From a virus, in the IMG/VR virus record IMGVR_UViG_3300009034_002371, positions 18,762 through 82,761 of that record: a stretch of 64,000 nucleotides of DNA. One strand, 5' to 3'. The notes beneath the pieces were generated by a model. It saw only the letters and a program-made list of their open reading frames with translations, had not been told where the DNA came from and did no database searches. Positions 19,091 to 28,914 of this stretch are shown here, in pieces (the stretch's first letter is position 1; each line of letters begins with the position of its first letter). The translations under genes were made by a program, and so were the position numbers.

Positions 19091-20647
19091 ATGAGATTAG
19101 GGGTGGTAATAAACCAGCCTGGAGCTGCCAAACCGGAGGATCAAAAGATACTTAAGCTACCTGGCGTTAAGCCGGTAGAAGTATCGGTTGAAGTACCTCC
19201 CGATGGTACCGTAGTTGAAGTAGCGCAGCTACCGGCAGGTGTTAAAACTATTGAGATTCCGGAGCAACCTGTGGAACAGGTTCAGCCTGCTATTGCTCCT
19301 CTCGGTGCTGCTGCCAGAGCTGGTGCAGTGGAGGGAGCTCCACAGGTACCACCGGGCAGAAAGATTATCTTATATCAGCGCCAGTCGCCAGGTGACATCT
19401 TGACTATGTCGAATCCCGTTGGCGACCTGAAACGGACATATCCCGATTGGTTTATAGATGTAAAATCTCCAGCTCAGGAGGTCTGGCTTAATAATCCACA
19501 TCTCACACCACTTGATGAAAACGATCCAACGGTGGAGAAATATGATGTCACGTACGATGATATCAATATTAGCGGCTGGGATGGACTTCACTTTACGGAT
19601 GCGTTTCGATACGATATAGAGAGGAAATTAAACTCTAATCCGGCGATGGTGTCGAAGTGGGGGAGAGTAGAGATAAGAAAGACCAGTTTCCGACCGGAGT
19701 TGTATATATCCGATGACGAGAGGAGCTGGTGGTCCCAGGTTCATTGCGAATTCTTCTGGGACGGTCCCTATTGGGTGATTAACGCGGGGCGAAAGCCTGA
19801 TAACGAATTAAAACAGTATCACCGGTGGCAGGAGTCAGTAGCACAGCTGAATGAGTACTTTGCCGGGCGCGTAAAGATAGTCCAAATGGGACACGAGAGT
19901 CATATACATCCTCCGCTGGAGGGTACTTTCAGCCTTGTAGGTAAAACTGATATACGGCAGCTTATCCGTCTCATATACTGGTCACATGGTACAATTGGAC
20001 CTCTGTCCTTTCAGTTTGTTATCTCAGGGGCCTTCGAGCAACCAGCTGTATGTGTGGCTGGTGGAAAGGAAGGAGTTCCGTGGCACCTTTATCCGCATAT
20101 GAGGTATATTTACACTAATGGTGCTCTGGAGTGCTGCAGGTGGGACGGGTGTTGGTTAGGGGGCATGCAGGGTGAATGTAAGGATTCTGTTGATGGTGTT
20201 CCCCATTGCTTCAGGTTAATCGAACCCCACATGATAGCAGACGGTGCTAAAATGTACTATGAGGGCGGTCGATTACCTATGCCGACTGAGGAGCAGGTTG
20301 AAGAGTGGACTAAAGATATTCTCATTCTTGAGGATCAACCTGATAGGCAAGAGGCGTTTCAGCAGAAGCTGGGCCATACCCACCGATTAACCATTCTAGA
20401 TAATGCTAAGGCAGCTATCAAGATACTTGGGGAAAAGTCCTTTGATGTAATATCGCTGGATCATCATCTTACTGATGAGAAACCAAAACAAGGGCAAACA
20501 CCCAACACGGGGGAAACGGTTGCCAAGTTTCTAGCGAAACAGAAACCTGATTCCCACATTATAGTGCATTGTCATGATGGTTTTGGTGTTAAGCTCATTA
20601 CAAAACACTTACCACAGGCAGAGCATCGTCCAGGTTATTGGGTCTAA
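19091..20647 (+). CDS. GT9 (heptosyltransferase-like) glycosyltransferase fused to a C-terminal receiver-like domain
   Basis: SPGDILTMS, WLNNPHL, LVGKTDIRQLI. C-terminal ILILEDQPDR...ISLDHHL...TG..VA.FL...IIVHCHD. Pro/Val-rich N-terminal arm. Confidence 0.75.
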   Translation: MRLGVVINQPGAAKPEDQKILKLPGVKPVEVSVEVPPDGTVVEVAQLPAGVKTIEIPEQPVEQVQPAIAPLGAAARAGAVEGAPQVPPGRKIILYQRQSPGDILTMSNPVGDLKRTYPDWFIDVKSPAQEVWLNNPHLTPLDENDPTVEKYDVTYDDINISGWDGLHFTDAFRYDIERKLNSNPAMVSKWGRVEIRKTSFRPELYISDDERSWWSQVHCEFFWDGPYWVINAGRKPDNELKQYHRWQESVAQLNEYFAGRVKIVQMGHESHIHPPLEGTFSLVGKTDIRQLIRLIYWSHGTIGPLSFQFVISGAFEQPAVCVAGGKEGVPWHLYPHMRYIYTNGALECCRWDGCWLGGMQGECKDSVDGVPHCFRLIEPHMIADGAKMYYEGGRLPMPTEEQVEEWTKDILILEDQPDRQEAFQQKLGHTHRLTILDNAKAAIKILGEKSFDVISLDHHLTDEKPKQGQTPNTGETVAKFLAKQKPDSHIIVHCHDGFGVKLITKHLPQAEHRPGYWV

Positions 20648-20665
20648 TCGGAGAGGAGACCTATA

Positions 20666-21433
20666 ATGATTACAAGTTTCAAGGAAAAAAAGCTTGTGGA
20701 GTACCTTGAGCCGGGAGGTAAGTATTTAATCCGTTTTGGGCATGGATTCGGGGACACTATCATGTTTATGCCCATCTATGATAAGTTAGTGGGGATGTTT
20801 ACCGATTGTCAAATAGACCTCTATGTGGAATCTGGACAGGAAGAGATCTGGAAGTCTGTAGCAGATAAGGACGCTCCCGGGTATGATGTAGTGTTCTCGC
20901 TGGACTTCCCCATGGCCATAGGTAGCGACCTCACAAAGCCAGCTAAATGTTGCATAGACGAAGTGGGTATTGAACCAATTACAGCCCTTGCAGAGCTTCC
21001 GGAGAAGCCGAGTCCGTTAGTTGGTATACATTATCAGGGAACAGCCTTACCGGATTCTGTTGGTTGTCCCCAGGAGGTAGCCCAACAGATATGGAACGAG
21101 GTTCTGGAATTTGGCAAAGTTCCCATAGAGTGCCACTTCGAGCACATGTTTCATAACCCAGTTAATAAAATGTTCTGGTTTGTTAGTAGCCATGTTAGAA
21201 ACTGTACTGCAAACCTCCATAATTTGATTGGGTTGATACAGCATACGGGAGCGTTTATGGGTGTTGCCTCCGGTCCTTGGGTGGCAGCTTTATCTATTAT
21301 GCCAGAGAGAACGTTGTATTTGGAGAAACATCACAAGTTAGAAACATATACCAGTGAGGCTAGAGCCCGGGTAGATGTACTTGACTATCGCTCCGGGAGT
21401 GTAAAAGAGTGGTTAGAGAGCCTGACATGGTGA
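20666..21433 (+). CDS. GT9-like glycosyltransferase
   Basis: HGFGDTIMF, LIGLIQ..AFMGVASGP. Confidence 0.65.
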   Translation: MITSFKEKKLVEYLEPGGKYLIRFGHGFGDTIMFMPIYDKLVGMFTDCQIDLYVESGQEEIWKSVADKDAPGYDVVFSLDFPMAIGSDLTKPAKCCIDEVGIEPITALAELPEKPSPLVGIHYQGTALPDSVGCPQEVAQQIWNEVLEFGKVPIECHFEHMFHNPVNKMFWFVSSHVRNCTANLHNLIGLIQHTGAFMGVASGPWVAALSIMPERTLYLEKHHKLETYTSEARARVDVLDYRSGSVKEWLESLTW

Positions 21434-21478
21434 TGGGTGTTTGGGGAGAACGCCATAAAAACGGAGAGGAGAACAATA

Positions 21479-22435
21479 ATGGCTAGAAAATATGCCATGA
21501 TAGTGACAGATTCCGGGTACCTAGGCGGGGTCAACGGGATGCTTAACGGGTTGTGGTACTATAATAACGATGTAGATTTCCACTATATCTATAAGGAAAG
21601 TAGACGTGGGGAACTCACTGCGTTCATGGAGGACGTAAAAAAGGACCCGTGGTATTCCGATCGAATCTATATGACGAAGTATGAGGAGTTAATAAATGAG
21701 GGTTACCCTGAAGGCTCAGGTCGCCCTCCATGGCGTCTCAAGTTCTACCGCTATCTATATGGTATTAGAAGATGTCAAGACTATGACGCCGCAGTCATAT
21801 TTGATGCGGATATGATAATAGTTAATAACTTCATGCGGTACTTTGATATTGCTGCCGAGACGGGAAGAATTTTAGTTCCTAATAACGATTACTCGGGAGA
21901 GGAGTTTGATTGTTATCGTGGAGGCTATAAAGGCGCTTCTTCCCCACCTCTCTATTGTATGCCGCTTTTCTTCGTTCCCAGTAACCCGGATATAATCAAA
22001 GCTTTCGAAAGGATTCCGGAGTTGGCTATAGAGCGAGATACAAGTGACATGGTTGCTTTTAATCACTCGATGATAGAGTCTAAGCTGATAGAGGAGCTTC
22101 TCCTACTGCCCGCTGTTTTGTGGTTACAAGTGCATTACTACTTTGTAATGCTGGCAAGGAGAAATATAGGTGGTAAACAGTATCTAGCACTACATAGGGG
22201 TGGTGATAGATTGTTCTCTTTTCATCGGCGGTGGTGGTTTGAATCCGACTGTAGGAAGAAAATAGTGATGCCCAAAACGGCTATAGGGGCTGCGTTTGCA
22301 TATAACAACGTGCGTCTGTTTTGGGAGTTTACTAGGTTCTTCAATCTACAGTGTCGCCACAATGTCGAGTGGCAGGAGAGGTGGGGCGACTTTCCTAAAG
22401 AGATACCAAAACCGAAGTTGCCAGGGAAGTATTAG
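21479..22435 (+). CDS. GT-A (GT8-like) glycosyltransferase
   Basis: CGGAGAGGAG RBS precedes ATG 21479. DSGYLGG..MLN, KFYRY, IFDADM (DxD), SDMVAFN. Confidence 0.65.
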   Translation: MARKYAMIVTDSGYLGGVNGMLNGLWYYNNDVDFHYIYKESRRGELTAFMEDVKKDPWYSDRIYMTKYEELINEGYPEGSGRPPWRLKFYRYLYGIRRCQDYDAAVIFDADMIIVNNFMRYFDIAAETGRILVPNNDYSGEEFDCYRGGYKGASSPPLYCMPLFFVPSNPDIIKAFERIPELAIERDTSDMVAFNHSMIESKLIEELLLLPAVLWLQVHYYFVMLARRNIGGKQYLALHRGGDRLFSFHRRWWFESDCRKKIVMPKTAIGAAFAYNNVRLFWEFTRFFNLQCRHNVEWQERWGDFPKEIPKPKLPGKY

Positions 22436-22464
22436 GTAGATTTCAGTCGAGAGGGAGGTTTACG

Positions 22465-23472
22465 ATGGGGGCAGGTGTACCGGGTAATAAATTCGCGTTT
22501 GTAGTGGGGGCGTCAGATAACTATTTGCAAGGTCTAACAGCCATGTTCAATAGTCTAGAATATCACGGTAGTACCGCTGATGTTCTCTTGATTCCCTGGA
22601 AACTACCAGAGGAATTTCTGAACGGACTTAGCAGGTATAGTTTCCAGGTTAGATTGTTTCCCAACGAGATACAACATCAGGTTTTGGCCACAGCTATAGA
22701 GAGGTTTAGAGTTGCGTATCAGGCCGGTGCAGAGTACGAGGCTGTGTGTTTGCTTGATGCCGATATGTTTTTCCTCGATAATGTTGATCTCTTCTTCGAG
22801 ATAGCTGCAAAGGGGTTTATAGTTACCGGCAGCAATGGGATGATTATTAACTTCAATACGGGTTACCAAAATCAGTACAGTCTGGATCTAGGTCAGCCTG
22901 AGTGGCCATATAAGAAGGTACATACAACTGCACCAATCTTTATAAGTCCTTCAGACTTGGATTGGTTTGAAGCGTTGTACAGTGCACGTCGTGTCGATTC
23001 GTGGGATGACTTTCTCTATCTTAACATTTTGGGTATAAAGCTGGGGAAGTATAAAAACATGTTGTGTATGCCTCCCTATGCGTTTACAGGGATACACCAC
23101 TGGGATCTGAAAGTAGAAACGGGTTTGGTACGTAAAAGTTCTGAGATAGTGCTTGCTGGTACAGAAGAGGCCGTGTATATGGCCCACGGTAAGTTCTGGG
23201 ACGAGAGCTATTGTAAAGATCTTCTCAATGTCATGCACCAGTACCTAGAGCGTTGGAATATGGGCGATATGTGTAAGCAAAGAGTGGAGGACGCTCATAA
23301 GATAGCTATTCAGGAGTTCCAAAAGTATCTTAATTATCAAGTTGGCCATGAACCAGAGCCCACTCCCGTTGCTTGGTTCCTTAAACGGCACTCGTCGAGT
23401 TCTAGTAGGATGTCCGCCTCACCAGGTAGCGGACCTGATAGAAGTTCTACTTCTTCAAAGGCAACTGTGTAG
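22465..23472 (+). CDS. GT-A (GT8-like) glycosyltransferase with Ser-rich C-terminal tail
   Basis: DNYLQG..AMFNS, ERF, LLDADM, DFLYLN, HGKFW. Paralog of ORF 21479. Confidence 0.65.
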   Translation: MGAGVPGNKFAFVVGASDNYLQGLTAMFNSLEYHGSTADVLLIPWKLPEEFLNGLSRYSFQVRLFPNEIQHQVLATAIERFRVAYQAGAEYEAVCLLDADMFFLDNVDLFFEIAAKGFIVTGSNGMIINFNTGYQNQYSLDLGQPEWPYKKVHTTAPIFISPSDLDWFEALYSARRVDSWDDFLYLNILGIKLGKYKNMLCMPPYAFTGIHHWDLKVETGLVRKSSEIVLAGTEEAVYMAHGKFWDESYCKDLLNVMHQYLERWNMGDMCKQRVEDAHKIAIQEFQKYLNYQVGHEPEPTPVAWFLKRHSSSSSRMSASPGSGPDRSSTSSKATV

Positions 23473-23515
23473 ATAGTCCAATCTAACTAACCATGATCTA
23501 AATCACACTATTAAA

Positions 23516-24820
23516 ATGGCTACTGAATTTATATGCAAAGTTGGGTGGGACGGACCACCCACCCGAGACTTTAAACAGCTATCGCTCTGGACTATAACGT
23601 GTCATTGTGATCTAACGGCTGCATCTACTAAAGTTTTTAGTAGTACTAGGCATGCTGGAACTAGATTCCCCGTGCAGGACGGTAGACGAGTTTACTTGTA
23701 TCGGGGCGGTACTCTCATGAATGCTAACGCCTGGATGCTGCATGCTACAGAGACCCAGACTTTAGTTAGAGATATTCAGGGTACCGATACGCCTCAGGCC
23801 GGTGATCAGTGGCGACAAACTGCGGGTAATATATATGGTTGGGTCACTATAAGCGATGCCGGAGATTCTGTCATCGCGGTAGCTGAATGTTATAGTGACC
23901 GTGACATGATAGATCGTATTAAGCTTATAGGTTGGGGAACAAATGCTATAAACTATGTAAAGATATATGCACCTAGTGGTCAGCGCCATACAGGTGTTGC
24001 AAATACCGGTTTCAAGATTTATGTTCCGGATGCTGATAATATCTTGGAGTTGAACGATGTAGATATTCTTATTCAGTATATTGAGTTCCATGGTGGTGGT
24101 AGGCAGATAACTGGCACCTACAGATATGGGATACGTACTATAAGGATAGACAGTTGTATATTCCATGATAACATTTGGGGTGCAATGATAGATATCCCAA
24201 ACAATGCCTACTTGACAACTATGATATGGAACTCTGTCTTCTATAGTTCGTTCTCTGCTGCTATCGGACCTGGTCATTACAGTGCTGATGTTCATGTAGA
24301 AAACTGCTCTATCTATAACCCAGGTGGTATTGGCGTCTTTAGAGCAGAGTGTTACAATGTTGTAACGCATAGAGGAGAGAATGCTGTAGACCCAGGTTTT
24401 GGAGATGAGTGTACAGGTGACTATAATTGCGATGGGGTTGAGGTGGAAACGGATGGTAGTGCGCCTGGACTGAACTCATTGCATAATCAGACACTCTCGG
24501 ATATATCATGGGTTTGTACCGATTTACATCCTGCGGAGAATAAGCAGATAGACCTCCATACTTATACTGACTATTATACCGATAGTGTACTCATCGGGCA
24601 AGGTGTTGATAGATCCGCAGGTGTTATTGGATTTAATACTGACATTGATGGTGATCCCCGTATAGGCCTTTGGACTATTGGTGTGGATCAAAAGGCGTAC
24701 TCATCGAGTTCGTCTAGCGCGTCTAGTTCAAGCGCGTCTTCTGCTTCAGTAGTTTCAAGTTCATCCAGTAGCGGATCTACATTCGATTTGAGACTACGCG
24801 ACATAACTTACGATGTATAG
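23516..24820 (+). CDS. Right-handed beta-helix (pectin-lyase-like) putative virion protein with Ser linker and short C-terminal peptide
   Basis: Asn/Cys-ladder repeats (IDSCIFHDN, IWNSVFY, VENCSIYN) and terminal DIDGDPR..WTIGVDQ, then a Ser/Ala tract and TFDLRLRDITYDV. Confidence 0.6.
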   Translation: MATEFICKVGWDGPPTRDFKQLSLWTITCHCDLTAASTKVFSSTRHAGTRFPVQDGRRVYLYRGGTLMNANAWMLHATETQTLVRDIQGTDTPQAGDQWRQTAGNIYGWVTISDAGDSVIAVAECYSDRDMIDRIKLIGWGTNAINYVKIYAPSGQRHTGVANTGFKIYVPDADNILELNDVDILIQYIEFHGGGRQITGTYRYGIRTIRIDSCIFHDNIWGAMIDIPNNAYLTTMIWNSVFYSSFSAAIGPGHYSADVHVENCSIYNPGGIGVFRAECYNVVTHRGENAVDPGFGDECTGDYNCDGVEVETDGSAPGLNSLHNQTLSDISWVCTDLHPAENKQIDLHTYTDYYTDSVLIGQGVDRSAGVIGFNTDIDGDPRIGLWTIGVDQKAYSSSSSSASSSSASSASVVSSSSSSGSTFDLRLRDITYDV

Positions 24821-24841
24821 CTGCTGTTGGGGGAGTTTAGC

Positions 24842-25654
24842 ATGGATATTGTTTATCTAGATGATAAGTGGCCGTTTAGAGTACAGACAGCCGAGCCAGA
24901 TAACACACCCCTTATCGTGGACGATGCTGAGGTGACCATCACCAGGGTAGATGATATGGTAGTGGTGTTGCCAACTATGTCTGTAGCCCCAGGTGGTATT
25001 TTTCCCGGCTACACTGAGTATATCGTCTCTCCCCCGGTCACATCGACAGAGGGGAACTATATCATTGATTGGAATATTATACTAAATGGTGTAAGTAAAA
25101 GCTTCCGTCAGGTGTATCAAGTTATCTCTCTCCCCGAGTATGCTATCGAGGAACGGGACATGATAAATGCACTGAGGATTCGATTAAAGGATAATCGACC
25201 CGAGTTGTATAGGGTTGATGAGGCAGAGCAAAAGTGGCATGATGAGGAGTTATACTCCTTCCTCTATTATGCCCTAGCTGACTTTAATGGTTATCCTCCC
25301 TACTGGACGGATTATACATTTGTGGATCTGCCTTTACAGCTGCATGGTATGGTGTTGCTCGGTGCACAGATAATGGCTATAATTGCGGAAGCAACCTTAC
25401 AAGCAGCTAACGACTTTAGCTATAATGATAATGGGTTGACTGTGACATTATCTCGTTCCGGAAAGTATATGGCTATTGCTAGTCAGCTCTGGAATATGTA
25501 TGTACAGCTTGTAGCCAGGGTCAAGAGATTTCTTGGATTTTACCTTACTGAGTGGGTGGGTGTCAAGACACGACGTATGCCGATCAGTGTCAGACGCCCA
25601 CTTTCCATGTTACCGCACCTGGAAAATGTATTTGGTCGTGAGGGTGGTATGTAG
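24842..25654 (+). CDS. Putative head-tail adaptor/neck protein with N-terminal Ig-like domain
   Basis: Beta-rich N-terminus (EGNYIIDWNI), then helical LRIRLKD...DEELYSFL..ALADFN...FSYNDNGLTVTL, typical of adaptor proteins. Located in the structural region. Confidence 0.5.
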   Translation: MDIVYLDDKWPFRVQTAEPDNTPLIVDDAEVTITRVDDMVVVLPTMSVAPGGIFPGYTEYIVSPPVTSTEGNYIIDWNIILNGVSKSFRQVYQVISLPEYAIEERDMINALRIRLKDNRPELYRVDEAEQKWHDEELYSFLYYALADFNGYPPYWTDYTFVDLPLQLHGMVLLGAQIMAIIAEATLQAANDFSYNDNGLTVTLSRSGKYMAIASQLWNMYVQLVARVKRFLGFYLTEWVGVKTRRMPISVRRPLSMLPHLENVFGREGGM

Positions 25655-25668
25655 GAGGTTGGTTAGTA

Positions 25669-26868
25669 ATGGCCTTACATGCAGATACGGTATGGGAAGT
25701 AAGATCAGCAGGAAGCAATAACAATGGAGGAGGTTGGCACGACGCGGGCGGAGCCTCTGCCGACCACTCTCAGCAGGATGCTGCAAACGAGAGCTGGACG
25801 AACCTGTCCATTAGTGGGTCAACGTTGACTGACGACGATGCCGGCGGTAAGTTCACTGCGAGTATGCTCGGAAATATCATCAACGTTTTGACGTCAGGCC
25901 GCTTTGAAATAAGCACCGTTACGGATGGCGATAACGTTGAGCTAGATCGATCACCGGGGAACGATACTGGGCTGACAGGATACGAGGGTGGAGCTGTCGC
26001 CGATCTAGAACAGATCGACAATATAATTGTAGCGGGGAATACGGTACATGTAAAGGCAGGGACATATGTAGCGGGAGGAGCACTATCCTTTACGGCTGGA
26101 GGGAGCGCTACACCAGTTGTAATTGAAGGATATAATTCATCCAGAGGCGACAATCCTACAGGGACTAATAGACCGTTGCTCACGATGGGAGCGAACGCTA
26201 TTACTACTGGGCTATACACCCAGTTTCGGAACTTCAGGATGACATCCAGCGCGGCCACCTTCTTCTCCCTCGGTACTATAAGTATGATAGTGAATTGTGC
26301 TATAGATCACACCAATACGGGTGACGCTGTTGCTGCGGGCCAGAGCGCTTCTGTCATTGACTGTGATATTACTTCTAACGGTACAGGGATAGACTGCGGC
26401 GGGTATGGCGTTAGAATACATGGCTGTTATATCCACGACCTTAGTATAGGGATTGAGCTTGACCAATATGCCTGTTCCATTGAGTTTTGCATTCTTGATA
26501 CCTGCAGCACTTACGGTATATATCTTAGCGGGGTGGGCGCACGGCACAGCCAGGACATAACAAACAACGTCTTCTACAGTTGTACGGACGCCATATATGC
26601 CGGTGTAGCGGTATACGGTAACAAGATAATGAGCAACAGTTTCTCCGATGGAACTGATGGCATTCACATTACCTCTAGTTCTCCTCATAACCATATTGAC
26701 TATAACAACTGGTACAACAACGGTGGTAATGATGTGACCAACGTTTCCAAAGGGGATAATGCTACTGCGAACGATCCGCTATTTACAAATGCTGGTGCTG
26801 GCGACTTTTCTTTACAGTCTGGTTCTGCGATGAGAGGTGCAGGGTTCGCTGTGAGGGTAGGTGTATAA
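25669..26868 (+). CDS. Beta-helix virion protein, family member lacking the terminal DQGAxQ motif
   Basis: MAL...VWEVR..G.NNNGGG start shared with ORF 44589. GY...GD.PTG.NRP and beta-helix repeats. Ends GFAVRVGV. Confidence 0.65.
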   Translation: MALHADTVWEVRSAGSNNNGGGWHDAGGASADHSQQDAANESWTNLSISGSTLTDDDAGGKFTASMLGNIINVLTSGRFEISTVTDGDNVELDRSPGNDTGLTGYEGGAVADLEQIDNIIVAGNTVHVKAGTYVAGGALSFTAGGSATPVVIEGYNSSRGDNPTGTNRPLLTMGANAITTGLYTQFRNFRMTSSAATFFSLGTISMIVNCAIDHTNTGDAVAAGQSASVIDCDITSNGTGIDCGGYGVRIHGCYIHDLSIGIELDQYACSIEFCILDTCSTYGIYLSGVGARHSQDITNNVFYSCTDAIYAGVAVYGNKIMSNSFSDGTDGIHITSSSPHNHIDYNNWYNNGGNDVTNVSKGDNATANDPLFTNAGAGDFSLQSGSAMRGAGFAVRVGV

Positions 26869-26927
26869 ATAGTAAGTTAATAACACGAGGTTTCCGTTTA
26901 AGAGATTAGTAGTTGTCCTAGACGGGG

Positions 26928-27554
26928 GTGATATATTTGACTACTAGTACTACAGAGCTAAAGGAGCCTGTAGAACAGGCACTGGGTGCTGATCTCAATA
27001 CGATTTTTCATCTAGGGCCTTCTGGGTTAAAGAAAGCTGATATAGCGTATGCTTATGTTACAGCTGATGAGATACAAGCTGCCACTATTGTCGAGATTGG
27101 TGCAGGCTACGGTATCTCGAGTGTAACATTGGGGGCCGTTGCTAAGAAGTACGGTGGTAAGCTCTATAGTGTTGAGTACAGAGTGAAAGCGGCTTGGTGG
27201 ACAAACCTAAAGAAATATGGTGTCATAGATCATGTTGAGCTTGTACAAGGGAGGAATCCCTTCCTTGACTGGTCACAACTTGATCATATTAGAACTGTAG
27301 ATTATCTTCTAATCGACGGTAATCACTGTTATATGCCTGTAATGGTTGACTTCTTTACTTGGGTGCCAAGGGTACGCAACGGAGGTAGAATAGCTTTTCA
27401 TGATTACCTTAACGGGAGAGCTCAAGTGAAGGATGCAGTAGATAAGCTAGAGAAAGTCTATCCTCTGGAGTATGTTGGTTTATCAGCTTCCAAGAGTGGT
27501 CTATATGTGGTAACCAAGTCACTAGATGAGAGAGGTAGATTTCCGAAGTTCTGA
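26928..27554 (+). CDS. Methyltransf_24-type SAM methyltransferase
   Basis: IVEIGAGYG.S, LLIDGNHCY, GGRIAFHDY. Confidence 0.85.
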   Translation: MIYLTTSTTELKEPVEQALGADLNTIFHLGPSGLKKADIAYAYVTADEIQAATIVEIGAGYGISSVTLGAVAKKYGGKLYSVEYRVKAAWWTNLKKYGVIDHVELVQGRNPFLDWSQLDHIRTVDYLLIDGNHCYMPVMVDFFTWVPRVRNGGRIAFHDYLNGRAQVKDAVDKLEKVYPLEYVGLSASKSGLYVVTKSLDERGRFPKF

Positions 27555-27563
27555 GGTGATCTT

Positions 27564-28109
27564 ATGGCCCGCCCCCCTTCTGCTATGATCTTAGCCGTTA
27601 AGGAAGCTTTTGGAGATCGACCTCTGACCGGTGCAGAGATTGGAGTATTCATAGGTGATAATGCCAAGTTTATATTGGATACGTTAAACCTCCAGAGGTT
27701 GTATCTTATAGATCCCTTTGATCCAAACAACGACTTCGAAGCCTATATAAAGCCCAGGGTAGGGAAAGCTAGAGCGCATGTTGTAAAGAGGTTGGAACAA
27801 TATGAACATATTGTTACATGGCTATTTGTAACGTCAGATGAGGCTGTTGACAGGATAACGGATATACTGGATTTTGTCTATATCGATGGTAATCATAGTT
27901 ACGAATATGTTAAGCGTGATATCGGAAATTACTATCGTTTAGTAAGGCCGGGCGGTTTTGTAGGCGGTCATGATTACATGATGCGAAAGAAGCCTCCTAT
28001 AGAGGCAAAAAGGGCTGTGGACGAGTTCGTACAAGAGCATGGATGTGACTTGGTAGTATCCAAAGAGTTTGACCCACATCACCCGGATTGGTGGTTTCGC
28101 AAGCAATGA
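27564..28109 (+). CDS. Methyltransf_24-type SAM methyltransferase
   Basis: GAEIGVFIG, DFVYIDGNHSYE, PGGFVGGHDY. Confidence 0.85.
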   Translation: MARPPSAMILAVKEAFGDRPLTGAEIGVFIGDNAKFILDTLNLQRLYLIDPFDPNNDFEAYIKPRVGKARAHVVKRLEQYEHIVTWLFVTSDEAVDRITDILDFVYIDGNHSYEYVKRDIGNYYRLVRPGGFVGGHDYMMRKKPPIEAKRAVDEFVQEHGCDLVVSKEFDPHHPDWWFRKQ

Positions 28110-28867
28110 TACATTTTATATGGTTGGGACCTGATGAGTTTAGATATGCAGACTATCTGGCAATCAGAACAGCTCAGAAAGTCTATAAAGAAGTTCCGTA
28201 TCTCTGGGTGGATGATACTGTACCGGAGAACGAGTGGTTAGCAAAGGCGAGAGGTTACAGTGTCCGACAACTTATTCCTGGCGATTGGCAGCGGTTTGTG
28301 GTTATAGGAAAGAAACAAAGTGCAAGTCAGAGCTCTAATTATCTGAGATATTGTCTCTTATATAGATTTGGTGGCCTATATTTAGATACGGATACGCTCT
28401 GCATTAAATCTATCTTTGATTTCGACTTGCAGGGTTTGGTAGTAGGTAGGGATGATGTTGTAAAGCGGTGGCCGTTGTGTACTGCTATTATGTATGTTAA
28501 GAAGTGCCACAATCCAGATGTAAAAGTTCTGCTACGGAGATGCATTGATATACTGGAGGAGTCCGGCGGTGATGTTAAATGGGGAACAACAGGACCGAGA
28601 TTACTAAGTGCTGTACTTCCCACAAGTGATAACCTACATACTCTTCTACCTAAAGAGTGTTTTTACTTCTATGGATACCCCGAGTGGCAGGAACTGTTTG
28701 AGGATAACCCTATAGATGAACGAATGTACGTACTTCACTACTGGGGTAAGTATGCCAGGGATCCCGAGTGTATGGGTTTAGATTGCATAACACCAGAGTA
28801 TATTAGAACATCAAATAGCCTTTATGCTAAAGTAGTGAGAAAAGTACTAGGGGAAGATTATCTATGA
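28106..28867 (+). CDS. GT32-like (DxD sugar-binding) glycosyltransferase
   Basis: ATGA overlap start. IHFIWLG, SNYLRY.LLY.FGGLYLDTD, WGTTGPRLL. Confidence 0.85.
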   Translation: MIHFIWLGPDEFRYADYLAIRTAQKVYKEVPYLWVDDTVPENEWLAKARGYSVRQLIPGDWQRFVVIGKKQSASQSSNYLRYCLLYRFGGLYLDTDTLCIKSIFDFDLQGLVVGRDDVVKRWPLCTAIMYVKKCHNPDVKVLLRRCIDILEESGGDVKWGTTGPRLLSAVLPTSDNLHTLLPKECFYFYGYPEWQELFEDNPIDERMYVLHYWGKYARDPECMGLDCITPEYIRTSNSLYAKVVRKVLGEDYL

Positions 28868-28914
28868 TGTTGGGGAGTGAAATTCCGTAGCCCCCTCGTT
28901 AACACGGTAGTAAT

